Source of the DNA: an uncultured virus (IMG/VR IMGVR_UViG_3300028800_002448)
Lineage: Duplodnaviria; Heunggongvirae; Uroviricota; Caudoviricetes
Virus record (IMG/VR): IMGVR_UViG_3300028800_002448
Reading direction: 5' to 3' (one strand)
DNA length: 64,000 nucleotides
Each line of letters opens with the position of its first letter. Positions within the stretch are counted from its first letter, which is position 1. Positions 26,272 to 36,064 of this stretch are shown here, piece after piece. Made by a program: the position numbers and the translations under genes. Under the pieces are notes generated by a model that was not told the origin of the DNA, did not search any database, and was given only the letters and a program-made list of their open reading frames with translations.

Positions 26272-26672
26272 CACTTGCGCTCCGGGTAGAAGTGACGGGG
26301 AAGCTCGCCCTTCTCGCCGTGGGCCTCGGGCAGGAACTTGCCCATGTTGGCGGGGTTGACGTAGATGCGGATGCCGACGTCCTTGCCCTGGAAGATCGAG
26401 TGCTCGACGATCGCGACGCCCTCGGGGATTTCGACCTGAGCATGGGCTTGACCGCGCATGGGGTTCTCGGTGACGACGGAAGGAGCAGCGGTCTGGCCGG
26501 ATGCGAGGTGATAGGCGACGGCGAAATCGTGCGATCCACCGTCCCAATAGTTCGTCATGTAGTAGGTCGTCTTCGCCTCGACCTTGATCTTGCGACCCTT
26601 GTAGGTCGGATAGCAGGCGTTGACGATCTTCCGGATGACCGGGTCGGTGATGGAGACCTTGGCGCCGTTCAT
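26271..26672 (-). CDS. hypothetical protein
   Basis: directly downstream of the operator-containing promoter at 26680-26711. Confidence 0.75.
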   Translation of the reverse strand: MNGAKVSITDPVIRKIVNACYPTYKGRKIKVEAKTTYYMTNYWDGGSHDFAVAYHLASGQTAAPSVVTENPMRGQAHAQVEIPEGVAIVEHSIFQGKDVGIRIYVNPANMGKFLPEAHGEKGELPRHFYPERK

Positions 26673-26679
26673 GGGAGCT

Positions 26680-26711
26680 ATCCTAACCTATCTTGTATCT
26701 TGGTCAAGATA
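26680..26711 (-). promoter_or_regulatory. sigma70-like promoter with TATCTT-N4-AAGATA operator
   Basis: minus strand TTGACC-N16-TAGGAT; palindrome TATCTTGGTCAAGATA at 26696-26711. Confidence 0.75.
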
Positions 26712-26717
26712 AAAAAT

Positions 26718-27083
26718 TCAGACTACGACGCCGATCTCGGCGAGTTCGTCGCGTGCCTGTGAACGCGTGAGGCCGACCCAGTGGGGGTGGGCGGAAGAGC
26801 CTTGGTTGACGGAGAAGCGGACGGACTTCTTGGCGGCTCCCGCGAAGAACTTGTGGGAGAGCCCCTTGCGCTCGAAGTAGATGCCGATCTCTTCAACGAC
26901 CTTGGAGGGGCTCATGCGCGACAACATGTCGTCGACGAAGAGCGCGCCTGCGATCTTGGAGCCCGTCTGGGCTGCGGAGTAGCGCTTCATGCCGGCTATG
27001 CCGTATCGACCGCGAGGACGATAGTCCTGCGGCCGGCCGGTGGCCGCGAGCGCCTTCTCGAACTTTTCTTCGAAGTCGTTCAT
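26718..27083 (-). CDS. hypothetical protein with FEEKFEKALAA N-terminal tag
   Basis: ATG at 27083. Confidence 0.65.
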   Translation of the reverse strand: MNDFEEKFEKALAATGRPQDYRPRGRYGIAGMKRYSAAQTGSKIAGALFVDDMLSRMSPSKVVEEIGIYFERKGLSHKFFAGAAKKSVRFSVNQGSSAHPHWVGLTRSQARDELAEIGVVV

Positions 27084-27085
27084 GT

Positions 27086-27337
27086 CTAGGCGTAGGTGAA
27101 GCCGAGGACCTTGCGCAGCTTCTTGACGAGACGTTCTTCCTCGCCTGCCTTGTAGCCCTTGGCGACGCGGGCGAGGCCTGCGAGACGGCCGGCCTGCTGG
27201 ATGATCTCCAAGCAGGTCCTGTCGACGCTGTCGGCGTCTTTCGCATCGACGCCGGAGTACATGACGGCCTGCTTGACCGTCTTGTCGAGTTCGATCGAGA
27301 TGCGCTCGACCGCGGGCTTGATCCTGATGTTGGCCAT
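27086..27337 (-). CDS. hypothetical protein
   Basis: ATG at 27337 with GGAG RBS. Confidence 0.65.
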   Translation of the reverse strand: MANIRIKPAVERISIELDKTVKQAVMYSGVDAKDADSVDRTCLEIIQQAGRLAGLARVAKGYKAGEEERLVKKLRKVLGFTYA

Positions 27338-27351
27338 GGGTCGGGTTCTCC

Positions 27352-28125
27352 CTAGGTGAAGTGCGGCGAGCGGGTCTTGGAGAGGAACTTGTGCAACTTG
27401 ACGGCGTCGCCGAGCATGGTCGACGCGTGAGCGAGGAAGCGGATGCGGTCCTTGACGGCATTGGGGAAGTGATCGCGGAAGCCGCCAGAGACGATCGCGC
27501 CGTGGGCACCGTAGAGCTTGGACGCCGCTTCGAGGAGCTTCTGCCACTGGGTGTCGACGGTGGCTCTCAGGCGCTCGAAGTGATCTGCGCGCTGAGCGTT
27601 GGCGCTCTTCGACGTCGAGATGCCGTGCGGCAGGTGGTGGAGGACCACCTGAGGCTCGCGGAGCATCGTGGGCTGGACGTTCCACTTCGGCATCTTGTAC
27701 GGTTTGACGTACATCTCGTCGCCGAGGACGATCTCAGCGAGCGCCTTGTCAGATCTGTGGCCGCCCTTCTTGAGGTAGCTCTTGAACTTGGACTCGAAGC
27801 CGCCACCGATGACGAGCTTCTTCGCTTCGGCGCGATGATGGGCTTGGCTGCCGACGAGCGTGGCGTCCTCCTGCGACGCCTTGCGGAGATGCTTCTCCAA
27901 GGCTTCGTCGAGGTCGGATGCAAGGCCGATGTCGCCGATCGAGAACCCCGCCTGAAGCTCCTTGATGAGCTGGTAGATGGCCGAGAGCTTGTCGGCCGCG
28001 TGCGGCTCCATGTTGACGCCACCGATCGGGTTGATGAGGCGCGCGCGGAAGCCGCCGTGTTGCGCGTCGGGGACGAGCTTGACGACGTAGCCCTTGGAAA
28101 GCTCGATGAGATCTGGGTGGGTCAT
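27352..28125 (-). CDS. hypothetical protein
   Basis: SD GAGG, operon packing. Confidence 0.7.
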   Translation of the reverse strand: MTHPDLIELSKGYVVKLVPDAQHGGFRARLINPIGGVNMEPHAADKLSAIYQLIKELQAGFSIGDIGLASDLDEALEKHLRKASQEDATLVGSQAHHRAEAKKLVIGGGFESKFKSYLKKGGHRSDKALAEIVLGDEMYVKPYKMPKWNVQPTMLREPQVVLHHLPHGISTSKSANAQRADHFERLRATVDTQWQKLLEAASKLYGAHGAIVSGGFRDHFPNAVKDRIRFLAHASTMLGDAVKLHKFLSKTRSPHFT

Positions 28126-28135
28126 CTGGTTTCCT

Positions 28136-28627
28136 CTACTTGAGGTCGTGCGCAGGAGAGAAGACGCGCTTGCGCCAGTTGCCGCCGGCCGTCTTCTTCT
28201 CGTAGGTGCCGAGGGGGATGCCGACGTCTGACATGTCCTTGAAGCGCTCGGCGCCGCGAGCGTAGACCGTGATGTACTTCGCGCCGGGAGGGATCGGATG
28301 ATTGCCCGAGAACATCTGCACGACGTCTCCGAGGATGCCTGACGTCAGCAATGGGTCCTTGCTGCTGTCGAACTTCGAGAAGGCCTTGTAGCCCTCGCCG
28401 TAGTTGATGCTCTTGCCCTTCTTGTCGAAGAGGATCCAGAAGTAGGTCGGAGGCGTCCGCTCGTCGAAGGCCTTGACCTTGACGGTGCCGACCTTGTGCT
28501 CGCCGTAGAACGCGTTCGGACCGATGTCGTAGCGGACGTACGTGCGGTTGCCGGTCTTGATCCATGGACCGGTCTTCGACTCGAAGTCGAAGACGTTTCC
28601 GATCCACACGTCGTTGAAGGTGTGCAT
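28136..28627 (-). CDS. hypothetical protein
   Basis: TGATG coupling with the upstream gene. Confidence 0.65.
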   Translation of the reverse strand: MHTFNDVWIGNVFDFESKTGPWIKTGNRTYVRYDIGPNAFYGEHKVGTVKVKAFDERTPPTYFWILFDKKGKSINYGEGYKAFSKFDSSKDPLLTSGILGDVVQMFSGNHPIPPGAKYITVYARGAERFKDMSDVGIPLGTYEKKTAGGNWRKRVFSPAHDLK

Positions 28628-28833
28628 CAGTATCCCATCCTCGTGATTTCGATGCCGCCTTTGATCGGGGCCGACGTCGACTTGGCTGCGACGATGAGAC
28701 CGCCGAAGACGACGGCTGCCGTGAGCGCCTTCGACCATGCGGGATCTTCACGCTTCGCAGGTGCTGCGGGCGCCGGGGTGACGACGGCCTTGGCGGCCTC
28801 GTGCTGGTCGTTGCCGAAAGTGATCCAATTCAT
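28627..28833 (-). CDS. small membrane protein (MNWITFG N-terminus)
   Basis: TM ALTAAVVFGGLIVAA; N-terminal variant of the MKIFSFG tag. Confidence 0.65.
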   Translation of the reverse strand: MNWITFGNDQHEAAKAVVTPAPAAPAKREDPAWSKALTAAVVFGGLIVAAKSTSAPIKGGIEITRMGY

Positions 28834-28842
28834 GGGCGCTCC

Positions 28843-29544
28843 TCAGCTGCGGAGGTCGAGGACGACCTTCGCCTTGTGCGACTTGATGTAGGGGTCGATG
28901 CCCGCGGCGAAGTCTTTGTCCCACTCGGGCGAGTGGGAGAGGTGTCTCGACACGGATGTGACGACGCTGCCCTTGTTGATCGGCGTCGTGAAGGTCTGCA
29001 CGAGGTCCTTGCCGGACGGATGACCCCAGCCCTCGATGATGAGCGTGGAGGGGTGAGAGGTCTCGTAGAAGTGGCGCATCTTCTGAGCGCCCTTCGGGAT
29101 GAAGAAGATCTCGAAGGCATTCTTGAACTGCGCGTAGGGGCGCGACTGGGCGAAGTAGGCGGAAGCCTCGTAGCTGTTGTGGCCCATGCCGAACTCGCTC
29201 TTCTTGTAGATCGTCACCTTCTTCTTGATCAGGTTCTCCTTGCCGACGCGTGAAAGGTAGAACGGGATGCCGCCATGCTCGTCGAGGTTGGCGGCTTGTC
29301 GAAGGGCGGCGTCGGAGACCTGGCTGAGAGGCGTCCTGAAGCCCGATCCGGGCGTGTTGAGCCAACGGACGCCGTCGTCGTCGGTGCCCTTGCTGCCGGG
29401 GCCGTATACGTTGGCGTGGTCCCACGCCATCTCTTCGAGGAGCTTGCGGCGCTTTTCGGCTGGAAGCTCTTTCGCGGCGGCGAGGGCCTTGCGATAGAGG
29501 TCTTCGAGCTTAGCTTTTGCGTATGGTTCGTTGTTTTCGCTCAT
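28843..29544 (-). CDS. hypothetical protein with EDLYRKALAAA tag
   Basis: ORF with the shared N-terminal helix. Confidence 0.75.
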   Translation of the reverse strand: MSENNEPYAKAKLEDLYRKALAAAKELPAEKRRKLLEEMAWDHANVYGPGSKGTDDDGVRWLNTPGSGFRTPLSQVSDAALRQAANLDEHGGIPFYLSRVGKENLIKKKVTIYKKSEFGMGHNSYEASAYFAQSRPYAQFKNAFEIFFIPKGAQKMRHFYETSHPSTLIIEGWGHPSGKDLVQTFTTPINKGSVVTSVSRHLSHSPEWDKDFAAGIDPYIKSHKAKVVLDLRS

Positions 29545-29553
29545 GTTTGGATC

Positions 29554-30498
29554 TCAGTCCCAGTATTGCTGACCGATCTTGCGTGGCTTACGGCCTTCGG
29601 CGCGGTCGACGATCTCGGTTCTGTGATCGCCCGAGGCTGGCACCGAGTGGTACTGACGTTGGACGTGATCGAGGTCGAGGAGCTTCGCAAGCTCCTTCGC
29701 GTCGGCCTCGGTCATCATGCTGCCATCGAGCCGCTTGGGAGGAGCGCTGATGTGGATCCAGCCCCAACCCGTGCCCTTACCTCCGGTGACTGACCACTGC
29801 TTCTTGCTGCGCTTCTGGAGCGCTGCCTTGACCTTGGCGATGGTCTCGTTGCGATCGGTGACGGCGGGAGGGTACTTGTCGAAGTGGGCCTTCTTGGCTG
29901 CCTGCTGACGCTTGTCCTCGGCGATCCCCTGCTCGCGCAGCGTTGGGCCGGACGGCTTCGTCGGCACGAGGATGGTCGACTGTTGCCCGAGGTCGTAGCG
30001 CTGGATGAAGTTGAGAGCCTCGGCCTTGTGCTCTGCCTTGATGCTGTCTTGGACTCGCTTGAAGTCGACCTCGTTGAGGTGCGCGGGCTTCGAGACTTGA
30101 CCGGCCATCCACTTGAGGTGGTAGAGGACGTGGTCGGTGAGCGGGCGCTGCTCGATGGTCATCTTGTGGTTGACGTCGATGCGGCCCTCGTAGGTCTCGC
30201 CGTCGGCCCAGCTGATCGTGAAGGTCGTCTTGTCGTATCCGCCCTCGGGAGAGGCGTAATAGGCCATCTCGCGGACGGCCTTGTTGGCGCGGGTCCAGTC
30301 GGCATAGGGCTTCTTGAGGTAACCCTTCTTCTCGTCCTGCGAGCCTTCGGCGTACTCGAAGACGATGCTCTTGACCTTGATCTTGGCGGAGGAGATCGAG
30401 ACGACGTTGCTGCCGGCAGACTTCGAAGCCTTGGCCTGCTCCTTCTTCTGCCAGGCAGCGTCTATGGCCTTCTTGTAGAGGTCGTCGAAGTGGCTCAT
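29554..30498 (-). CDS. protein with LPD25-like (large polyvalent protein-associated) domain and DDLYKKAIDAA tag
   Basis: GGYDKTTFTISWADGETYEGRIDV resembles the LPD25 signature as I recall it. Confidence 0.6.
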   Translation of the reverse strand: MSHFDDLYKKAIDAAWQKKEQAKASKSAGSNVVSISSAKIKVKSIVFEYAEGSQDEKKGYLKKPYADWTRANKAVREMAYYASPEGGYDKTTFTISWADGETYEGRIDVNHKMTIEQRPLTDHVLYHLKWMAGQVSKPAHLNEVDFKRVQDSIKAEHKAEALNFIQRYDLGQQSTILVPTKPSGPTLREQGIAEDKRQQAAKKAHFDKYPPAVTDRNETIAKVKAALQKRSKKQWSVTGGKGTGWGWIHISAPPKRLDGSMMTEADAKELAKLLDLDHVQRQYHSVPASGDHRTEIVDRAEGRKPRKIGQQYWD

Positions 30499-30507
30499 CG
30501 GTTGGCT

Positions 30508-30539
30508 ATCCTATCCGCTTTTGTATTTTGGTCAAGATA
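30508..30539 (-). promoter_or_regulatory. sigma70-like promoter with operator variant
   Basis: minus strand TTGACC-N16-TAGGAT; TATTTTGGTCAAGATA at 30524-30539. Confidence 0.72.
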
Positions 30540-30561
30540 AAATGTGCAGCTCGAACGAGAG

Positions 30562-31236
30562 CTACATGAACTTCTTGATCGGATCGAGCATCCGCGGATC
30601 GGTCTTGGCTGCCGCGAGCCACGACTTGACGTCGGGGTGGCCGAGGTCTTCCGCGACGACGTAGCCGACGAACTTGTCTGTGGCGGAGTCCCACACGCCC
30701 ATGATGAAGCCGTTGCCGCGGAGCGGAACGGCGAAGTAGCTGAGCTTCGTGGCGGTGGTGTGTATGCGGTGGTCGGGGAGGAAGATCTGAGCGCCTGAGC
30801 CGACGTAGGCGAACTCGCCCTTGGTCGTGGCCTTCGGCTCGTGAGCTTTGGCGGTCTTGTTGGTCTTGATGGTGCCGCTTCCGACGAGGGAAGGGTTCTG
30901 GCCGTGGCTCAAGAACGCTTCGAGCTGCTTGGAGACGTTCTTGACGGGAGACAGGTCGAAGGTGTTGTTGAACCTGTCGTAGGTGAAGCTCTTGGCGAGC
31001 GCGCCGATGAAGAGCTTGGCGATCTCGGGCGTCATCGTCTCGGCGCTCTTGTGGTGGGCGTAGACGATCTCCTCGGCCTTGTGGGCAGCTCCGAGGAGGT
31101 GCCCGAGGCGGTAGATGTTCGAGCGCCCGCGCTTCATCTCGCGCTTCGATTCGGCGACGTCGTACTGCGTGAGCTTCGACGTCAGCACGAGGAAGAAGTT
31201 GCCGACGGTCGGCGGGATGCCCTTCTTTTCACTCAT
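30562..31236 (-). CDS. hypothetical protein
   Basis: ATG at 31236 with AAGGA upstream. Confidence 0.7.
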   Translation of the reverse strand: MSEKKGIPPTVGNFFLVLTSKLTQYDVAESKREMKRGRSNIYRLGHLLGAAHKAEEIVYAHHKSAETMTPEIAKLFIGALAKSFTYDRFNNTFDLSPVKNVSKQLEAFLSHGQNPSLVGSGTIKTNKTAKAHEPKATTKGEFAYVGSGAQIFLPDHRIHTTATKLSYFAVPLRGNGFIMGVWDSATDKFVGYVVAEDLGHPDVKSWLAAAKTDPRMLDPIKKFM

Positions 31237-31360
31237 GACGTGCGTCCGTCCTTTTTGATTGCAGCCATACGTCGACCTCACAGCGGCAGCGTGCCTGGGT
31301 CGAACGCCGCTTGGGGGACGCCGTTCTCCGAGCGATATTACACTTTTAGTGGCGCGGGAG

Positions 31361-31591
31361 CTAGAGGACGCGTCGGCGCTGGACGAGGACGGTGTTCGAG
31401 TCGTCGTCGCCGTCGTCTTCGGCGTCGAGGGTGTCGATGGTGTCGGTTTCGAGCACGACGGGTGCTACGTAGCCGCCACCTCCACGGCGTCGGCCACGAT
31501 GTCCGCCGCCGCGGCGTCCACCACCGTGGCCACCGCCGCCGTGCGAGCCGATGCTGTCGACGCCTTGCATGTTTTCTCGTTCATCGACCAT
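31361..31591 (-). CDS. small Gly/Arg/His-rich plus acidic protein
   Basis: HGGGRRGGGHRGRRRGGGG; N-terminus MVDERENMQGVDSIGS resembles that of 50837-51295. Confidence 0.6.
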   Translation of the reverse strand: MVDERENMQGVDSIGSHGGGGHGGGRRGGGHRGRRRGGGGYVAPVVLETDTIDTLDAEDDGDDDSNTVLVQRRRVL

Positions 31592-31603
31592 GGTGCTGCC
31601 TCT

Positions 31604-32146
31604 TCAGGTGGGGAGTATCATCTCGCCTTTGCGGAAGACGGAGGTGAGGATCAGGATGTTGCCCATGCCGGAGTAGACGCCGACCTGGTGAGGGATGTAG
31701 TAGGAGGCCGGCGTCAAGCTCGGGTCTCTCGTGTTGGCGATGTTCCTCGCGGCGTACTCGCACTTCTTCAAATCCATGAAAGTGCCGCAGCCGATCTTGG
31801 TGGTCATCGAGTGTCCCTTGGCGTCGTAGGGGATCCAGATGTATGAGGCCTGTCCCCAGTTGTCCTGACGCTGAACGATCTTGGGAGGGAGCTTGGTGGT
31901 TTTCGTAGCGATCTTGATCTTCTCGTTCTTCTGAAAGTTCTTCGAGTCCTTGATCATGGACTTCGTGTCGCGTTCTGACTGGAACCGTCCAACCACGTTC
32001 GAGAGAGCACGCGCAAGATCGTCGTCCCAGTTGTAGCCGGAAGCGAGGACGACCTTCTTCGAGTGGCTGAAGTCGTGTCGCTTCTTGTCCTTGACGAGGA
32101 TGTTGTGGAGGTCTTGCTCGCGAGCCATCATGCGGTGCCAGTCCAT
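31604..32146 (-). CDS. hypothetical protein
   Basis: ATG at 32146 with AGGAG. Confidence 0.65.
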   Translation of the reverse strand: MDWHRMMAREQDLHNILVKDKKRHDFSHSKKVVLASGYNWDDDLARALSNVVGRFQSERDTKSMIKDSKNFQKNEKIKIATKTTKLPPKIVQRQDNWGQASYIWIPYDAKGHSMTTKIGCGTFMDLKKCEYAARNIANTRDPSLTPASYYIPHQVGVYSGMGNILILTSVFRKGEMILPT

Positions 32147-32157
32147 GAGTGATGCTC

Positions 32158-32466
32158 CTACCAAAAGAGGGTCTTGCCGTGATAGAGGGTGCTGTGCTTG
32201 CCCTTGTGGCCTGACCTCTTCTCGCACTGACCGACGGTCGGCGTCGTCGAGTAGAAGGGGATCTTGTTCGAACGTTCTTGGCAGGGTCCTTTGATCTCCT
32301 TGACGTTGACGGAGAGACCCTCTTCGTTCAAAAGCCTGGCGATGAGGTGTGTGATCTCATCAGCGTCGCGAGGGGAGGTATGACCTTCCTTGTTGATCGA
32401 GATGAAGGGCAGCCCACCGAAGTAGATCTGACGTCCTGCCTTGACCGTGCATTTCCTGTCGGCCAT
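32158..32466 (-). CDS. hypothetical protein
   Basis: operon packing; C-terminal C..GH.G.H motif. Confidence 0.6.
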   Translation of the reverse strand: MADRKCTVKAGRQIYFGGLPFISINKEGHTSPRDADEITHLIARLLNEEGLSVNVKEIKGPCQERSNKIPFYSTTPTVGQCEKRSGHKGKHSTLYHGKTLFW

Positions 32467-32469
32467 GAG

Positions 32470-32928
32470 CTATGCCTTCCCCGTCGTGCCGTACTTGAGC
32501 GTGAGCTGACGGACGCTGTCGCTCCTGCCGGCGATGTGCTCGTCGTCGGGGATCGCAGCATCGCTGCGGACGGCCTGGGCCGTCTTGGGCAGGTTGAGAC
32601 GACGCGCGAGCTGGACCGTCTCCAGCGCCATCGGTGCGGTCAGGTACTTCTTCTGTCCGGCCGGGTACTTTTTGTCGCGCGCGAAGAGGACGAGGAGCGT
32701 GAGCAACCTCTCCTGCTGCGGCTTGAGCGGCGGAGGCGGCGGAGCGACGCTGTCGATCGAGGGCAGCATCAACATCCGTCGGCCCGTGATCATGGGCGAG
32801 ATGGACGGCGAGTCGATCTCTGCCGGATCGTCCTGACCCATGCCGGGACCTATGATGCCCGTCGTCTTCGGACGGACGGCCCACGCGATGAAGCCACCGA
32901 GGGCTGCGAAGATGATGATCGGGAACAT
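32470..32928 (-). CDS. N-terminally membrane-anchored protein
   Basis: MFPIIIFAALGGFIAWAV; SD AAGGAG. Confidence 0.7.
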   Translation of the reverse strand: MFPIIIFAALGGFIAWAVRPKTTGIIGPGMGQDDPAEIDSPSISPMITGRRMLMLPSIDSVAPPPPPLKPQQERLLTLLVLFARDKKYPAGQKKYLTAPMALETVQLARRLNLPKTAQAVRSDAAIPDDEHIAGRSDSVRQLTLKYGTTGKA

Positions 32929-32939
32929 AGGTCGACTCC

Positions 32940-33386
32940 TTAGCGGTAGAACTCTCGTGAGGGGATCTTGATCGTCGAGTGCGGCAGCTTGCAGTCGTCG
33001 GACCAGGACACGCCGTGGCCGGCCGCCTGCATGCCGAGGTGGTACCCGAAGTGCTCCTCGTCGTACGGGTAGCCGTTCTGCTTGACGTGGAGGTACAGGT
33101 GGCCGAGAGAGTGCGTCCACGGGTTGGCGGCGACGATGGAGTCGGCGACGACCTTGGCCCACTTGTTCGCCCAGCCGGGGACCTTGGGCGCGACGTCCAT
33201 GAGGTTCTGGCCACTGAAGCTGCGGCCCTTCTCTTCCTGTGCCGTCGCCCAATAGTCGGCCCACACGCCGCCCGGGATGCCTTTGAGCACGAGCTTGCTG
33301 ACGCGCGCGTCCTCGGAGCCGCTCTTCTTGCGAACGAGCTTCGCGTAGGCGGCGTTCATGTGGGAGGTGTCGAGGTGCTTGCTCAT
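32940..33386 (-). CDS. hypothetical protein
   Basis: SD AGGAG; FGYHLGMQAAGHGVSW motif. Confidence 0.7.
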   Translation of the reverse strand: MSKHLDTSHMNAAYAKLVRKKSGSEDARVSKLVLKGIPGGVWADYWATAQEEKGRSFSGQNLMDVAPKVPGWANKWAKVVADSIVAANPWTHSLGHLYLHVKQNGYPYDEEHFGYHLGMQAAGHGVSWSDDCKLPHSTIKIPSREFYR

Positions 33387-33576
33387 GTCGCGCTCCTGGC
33401 CGCCTCACGGTCGATGTTGATCTTGCGAGCGACTGATGAGTGCTTGCAGACTTTGCAGGACCAGGCCGGTTCGTTCTTGTGGTAGCCGTGGTTGATGCCG
33501 TCGATGAACGACATCGCAACGATGGTTGCGCCCGTCGTGACGATGTAGAGGAATTTGATGGCGGTGATCATCTCGA

Positions 33577-33858
33577 TCAGGCCTCGTGGAGGATGCCGTA
33601 CGACTTGCCGTGCTTGATGAGCCACAGGATCGCGGCCTCCTCGTCCAGCTCGCGGATCTTCTCGTACCGCGACATCTTGTCGGGGAACTTCTCCGACATG
33701 ACGGTCGCCATCATGCAGAAGTCGTCGTACGACAGGTCGAAGTGCTTCTTGAACTCGACGTCGCTCTCCTTCCACCGAGGCTGGACGAGGGACGTCACAG
33801 CCTCGGAGAATGGAGTCGTCGTCGAGTTCAAGGCAGGCTTGCTGTTGATCTCGTCCAT
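33577..33858 (-). CDS. hypothetical protein
   Basis: TGATG coupling. Confidence 0.6.
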   Translation of the reverse strand: MDEINSKPALNSTTTPFSEAVTSLVQPRWKESDVEFKKHFDLSYDDFCMMATVMSEKFPDKMSRYEKIRELDEEAAILWLIKHGKSYGILHEA

Positions 33859-34190
33859 CAGAGCTTGCCCACGGACTGCCGGATGATGATCTTCTTCTTG
33901 CGCATGTCAGCGGGGAGCATGTTCGAGATGGCCTGAAGAACGGCTGACGACGGCGCCGTGCCGTACATCAGCTCGTACACGACGTTGTTCCCCTCGCGGT
34001 AGACCTGTCCCTGACGGACGTTGGTCGTGGTGGGAACGGTGGCGTTGTCGACGGAAACGGCATCGCCGGGGCGAAACTTGCGATCCGTCGTGTGGTAGAA
34101 GATGCCGCCCTTCTGGGCGAGGTCGTTGAGGCCTTCCGTGTTGCGGAAGGTCCCGACTCGGATCATCTCTGGATCATCGTAGGTCGACAT
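33858..34190 (-). CDS. hypothetical protein
   Basis: SD GAGGAG. Confidence 0.7.
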   Translation of the reverse strand: MSTYDDPEMIRVGTFRNTEGLNDLAQKGGIFYHTTDRKFRPGDAVSVDNATVPTTTNVRQGQVYREGNNVVYELMYGTAPSSAVLQAISNMLPADMRKKKIIIRQSVGKL

Positions 34191-34220
34191 CTTTTCTTCT
34201 CCTCAGGGTTCTCGAAGGGA

Positions 34221-35069
34221 CTAGGTTCCCGGCAGGACGCTGCCGCCCATGTCGTCCGCGTCGAACGGATTCTGCGGCAGGCGGGCGGGAGCGGTGGGTT
34301 GAATGCCGGGGAACAAGCCGCTCGCGGGAAGGATGTTCCCGCCTGCCTCGGTGGTGCGCGACGGCTGGTGACCGATGATCTGGCCCGCGGCCTCGTTGGA
34401 CGCGGGAGCGCCGGGGATGCGCGGAGGCGACAGGTGCGTGCCGCCGACGATCTCGACGCGGGTGGGGCCGCCGCCGCGATAGTCCGCGCCGGGGATGATG
34501 GGTGCGGCAGGTGCCTCCTCGAACGGGTTCGAGGGCAGTCGGGGCGACTGGACGCCGCCGATCGGGTTGCCGTTGCCGTCGACCTGGACGCCGTCGGCGC
34601 GGATGAACTCGACCGACTGGCCGTTGCCGATCCCGGTGCTCGTGCCGGGAGGAGGCCCGGGGATGAACTGCACGTCGCCGTTGACGATGGGTCGTCCGGC
34701 TTCGGGTCGAAGCGCGGGCTGGGTGGGAGCTGCTCCGGGCAGCGTGAATGCCGAGAGGTTCGGCGAGAACTCGGCCGTCTGACGACGGACGGCCTCACGT
34801 TCCTGCTGCTGCTGGACGGCGCCGGGGCCCGAGGTGAACTCGACGCGCGTGCGCGTGGGGTCTTCCAGGAGGGAAGCGGGCGTGCCGGGGATCTGGTTGG
34901 GGTTGCCGTCGGAGACGTAGCCGCCGATGGCGAACTCCACCGCGTCGACGAGGTCGCGCACGCGGTCGCGGAGCGACATCGGGTTGACGGCGGTGTGAAG
35001 CTCGGACTTCACGTACGCCAGCTGGCGCATGACGATGGCGATCTTCTGCTGAGGGGTGTAGTTGCTCAT
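34221..35069 (-). CDS. Pro/Gly-rich, largely disordered protein
   Basis: helical N-terminus, repeated V[EQ]FI/VEIV and PxNPF motifs. Confidence 0.7.
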   Translation of the reverse strand: MSNYTPQQKIAIVMRQLAYVKSELHTAVNPMSLRDRVRDLVDAVEFAIGGYVSDGNPNQIPGTPASLLEDPTRTRVEFTSGPGAVQQQQEREAVRRQTAEFSPNLSAFTLPGAAPTQPALRPEAGRPIVNGDVQFIPGPPPGTSTGIGNGQSVEFIRADGVQVDGNGNPIGGVQSPRLPSNPFEEAPAAPIIPGADYRGGGPTRVEIVGGTHLSPPRIPGAPASNEAAGQIIGHQPSRTTEAGGNILPASGLFPGIQPTAPARLPQNPFDADDMGGSVLPGT

Positions 35070-35133
35070 GTGTGCTCTCGGGCTCCTTTGGGGGCAGGCG
35101 GTTGCGGTTGCGTTGGCGGTTGCTGGTTGCGTG

Positions 35134-35433
35134 TCAGATGACTTCGACTTCAGAGACGTGGGGTTTTCGGGGCCATGGCTTACCGTTGAAGTAGTGAACG
35201 ATGAGGACCTGCGAATAACCTGAGACGCCTTCTTCTTGCACGACCCTCTTGACGGTTCCGATGAGGTCCCTCACCTCACCACCTTCGAAGACGTCTTTCA
35301 TGACGACGTTGAGTCCGACGGGACTCTTAAGATCTTTGCCCATCCATTTCTCGACGGTGGTGGACTTCTTCTTGGATCCCCTGGGCTCGGCGGCTTTGAG
35401 CGCCTTGTCGTAGAGCTTGTCGATCTTGGTCAT
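35134..35433 (-). CDS. hypothetical protein with DKLYDKALKAA tag
   Basis: ATG at 35433, SD AAGGA. Confidence 0.65.
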   Translation of the reverse strand: MTKIDKLYDKALKAAEPRGSKKKSTTVEKWMGKDLKSPVGLNVVMKDVFEGGEVRDLIGTVKRVVQEEGVSGYSQVLIVHYFNGKPWPRKPHVSEVEVI

Positions 35434-35444
35434 CGTCGTGTTCC

Positions 35445-36059
35445 TTAAGCCTCGGCGCTCTTCCAGGTCATGTAGTAGTTGACGCCGAGGCCGAGGGCGA
35501 CGGCGAGGCCGGTGAAGAGAGCGAGCTTCTTCCACGGGATCTTGGAAGCGCTGCTGGTGGCGCCTGGCCGGGTGACGTTGAGGATCTCGTTCGACCAGGC
35601 GCACGCGCGCTCACGGAACTCGTTGGCTCGTTGCTTGACGAGGTTGTCGAGCAGCTCCTTCATGGCGACGGCCCTGCGGAACCGACCGTACTCATCGACG
35701 AAGAGGCCGAGGCGGATCAGCCTCGCGGAGCCCATGGCCTGCTGCTTGTCGAGCGCGCTCGTCGCCATGGCGCGGACGAGGTCGTCGGTCTTCTTGACCT
35801 CGGTCATTTCGAGATCGTCGCCCATCACGGACGAGTTCGACTTGACGTTGTTGAGCACCTTCGAGGCTGCGATCACGGCGTCGGTGAGCTTGGCCTGCCT
35901 GCTGAAGGCGTTGCTGTCGCCGGAGACATGGGCGCTCGGATGATCGTGGTGAGCGGCTGGATGCGCGTATTGGCCGAGGTTGTTGTCCTCCATCGCGAGC
36001 GCGTGAGGGTTGCCGAACGAGCTGACGGCTTCATTGGAGAACGAGAAAAGACCAGGCAT
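35445..36059 (-). CDS. C-terminally membrane-anchored protein (MPGLFSFS N-terminus)
   Basis: TM LALFTGLAVALGLGV. Confidence 0.7.
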   Translation of the reverse strand: MPGLFSFSNEAVSSFGNPHALAMEDNNLGQYAHPAAHHDHPSAHVSGDSNAFSRQAKLTDAVIAASKVLNNVKSNSSVMGDDLEMTEVKKTDDLVRAMATSALDKQQAMGSARLIRLGLFVDEYGRFRRAVAMKELLDNLVKQRANEFRERACAWSNEILNVTRPGATSSASKIPWKKLALFTGLAVALGLGVNYYMTWKSAEA

Positions 36060-36064
36060 GACGT

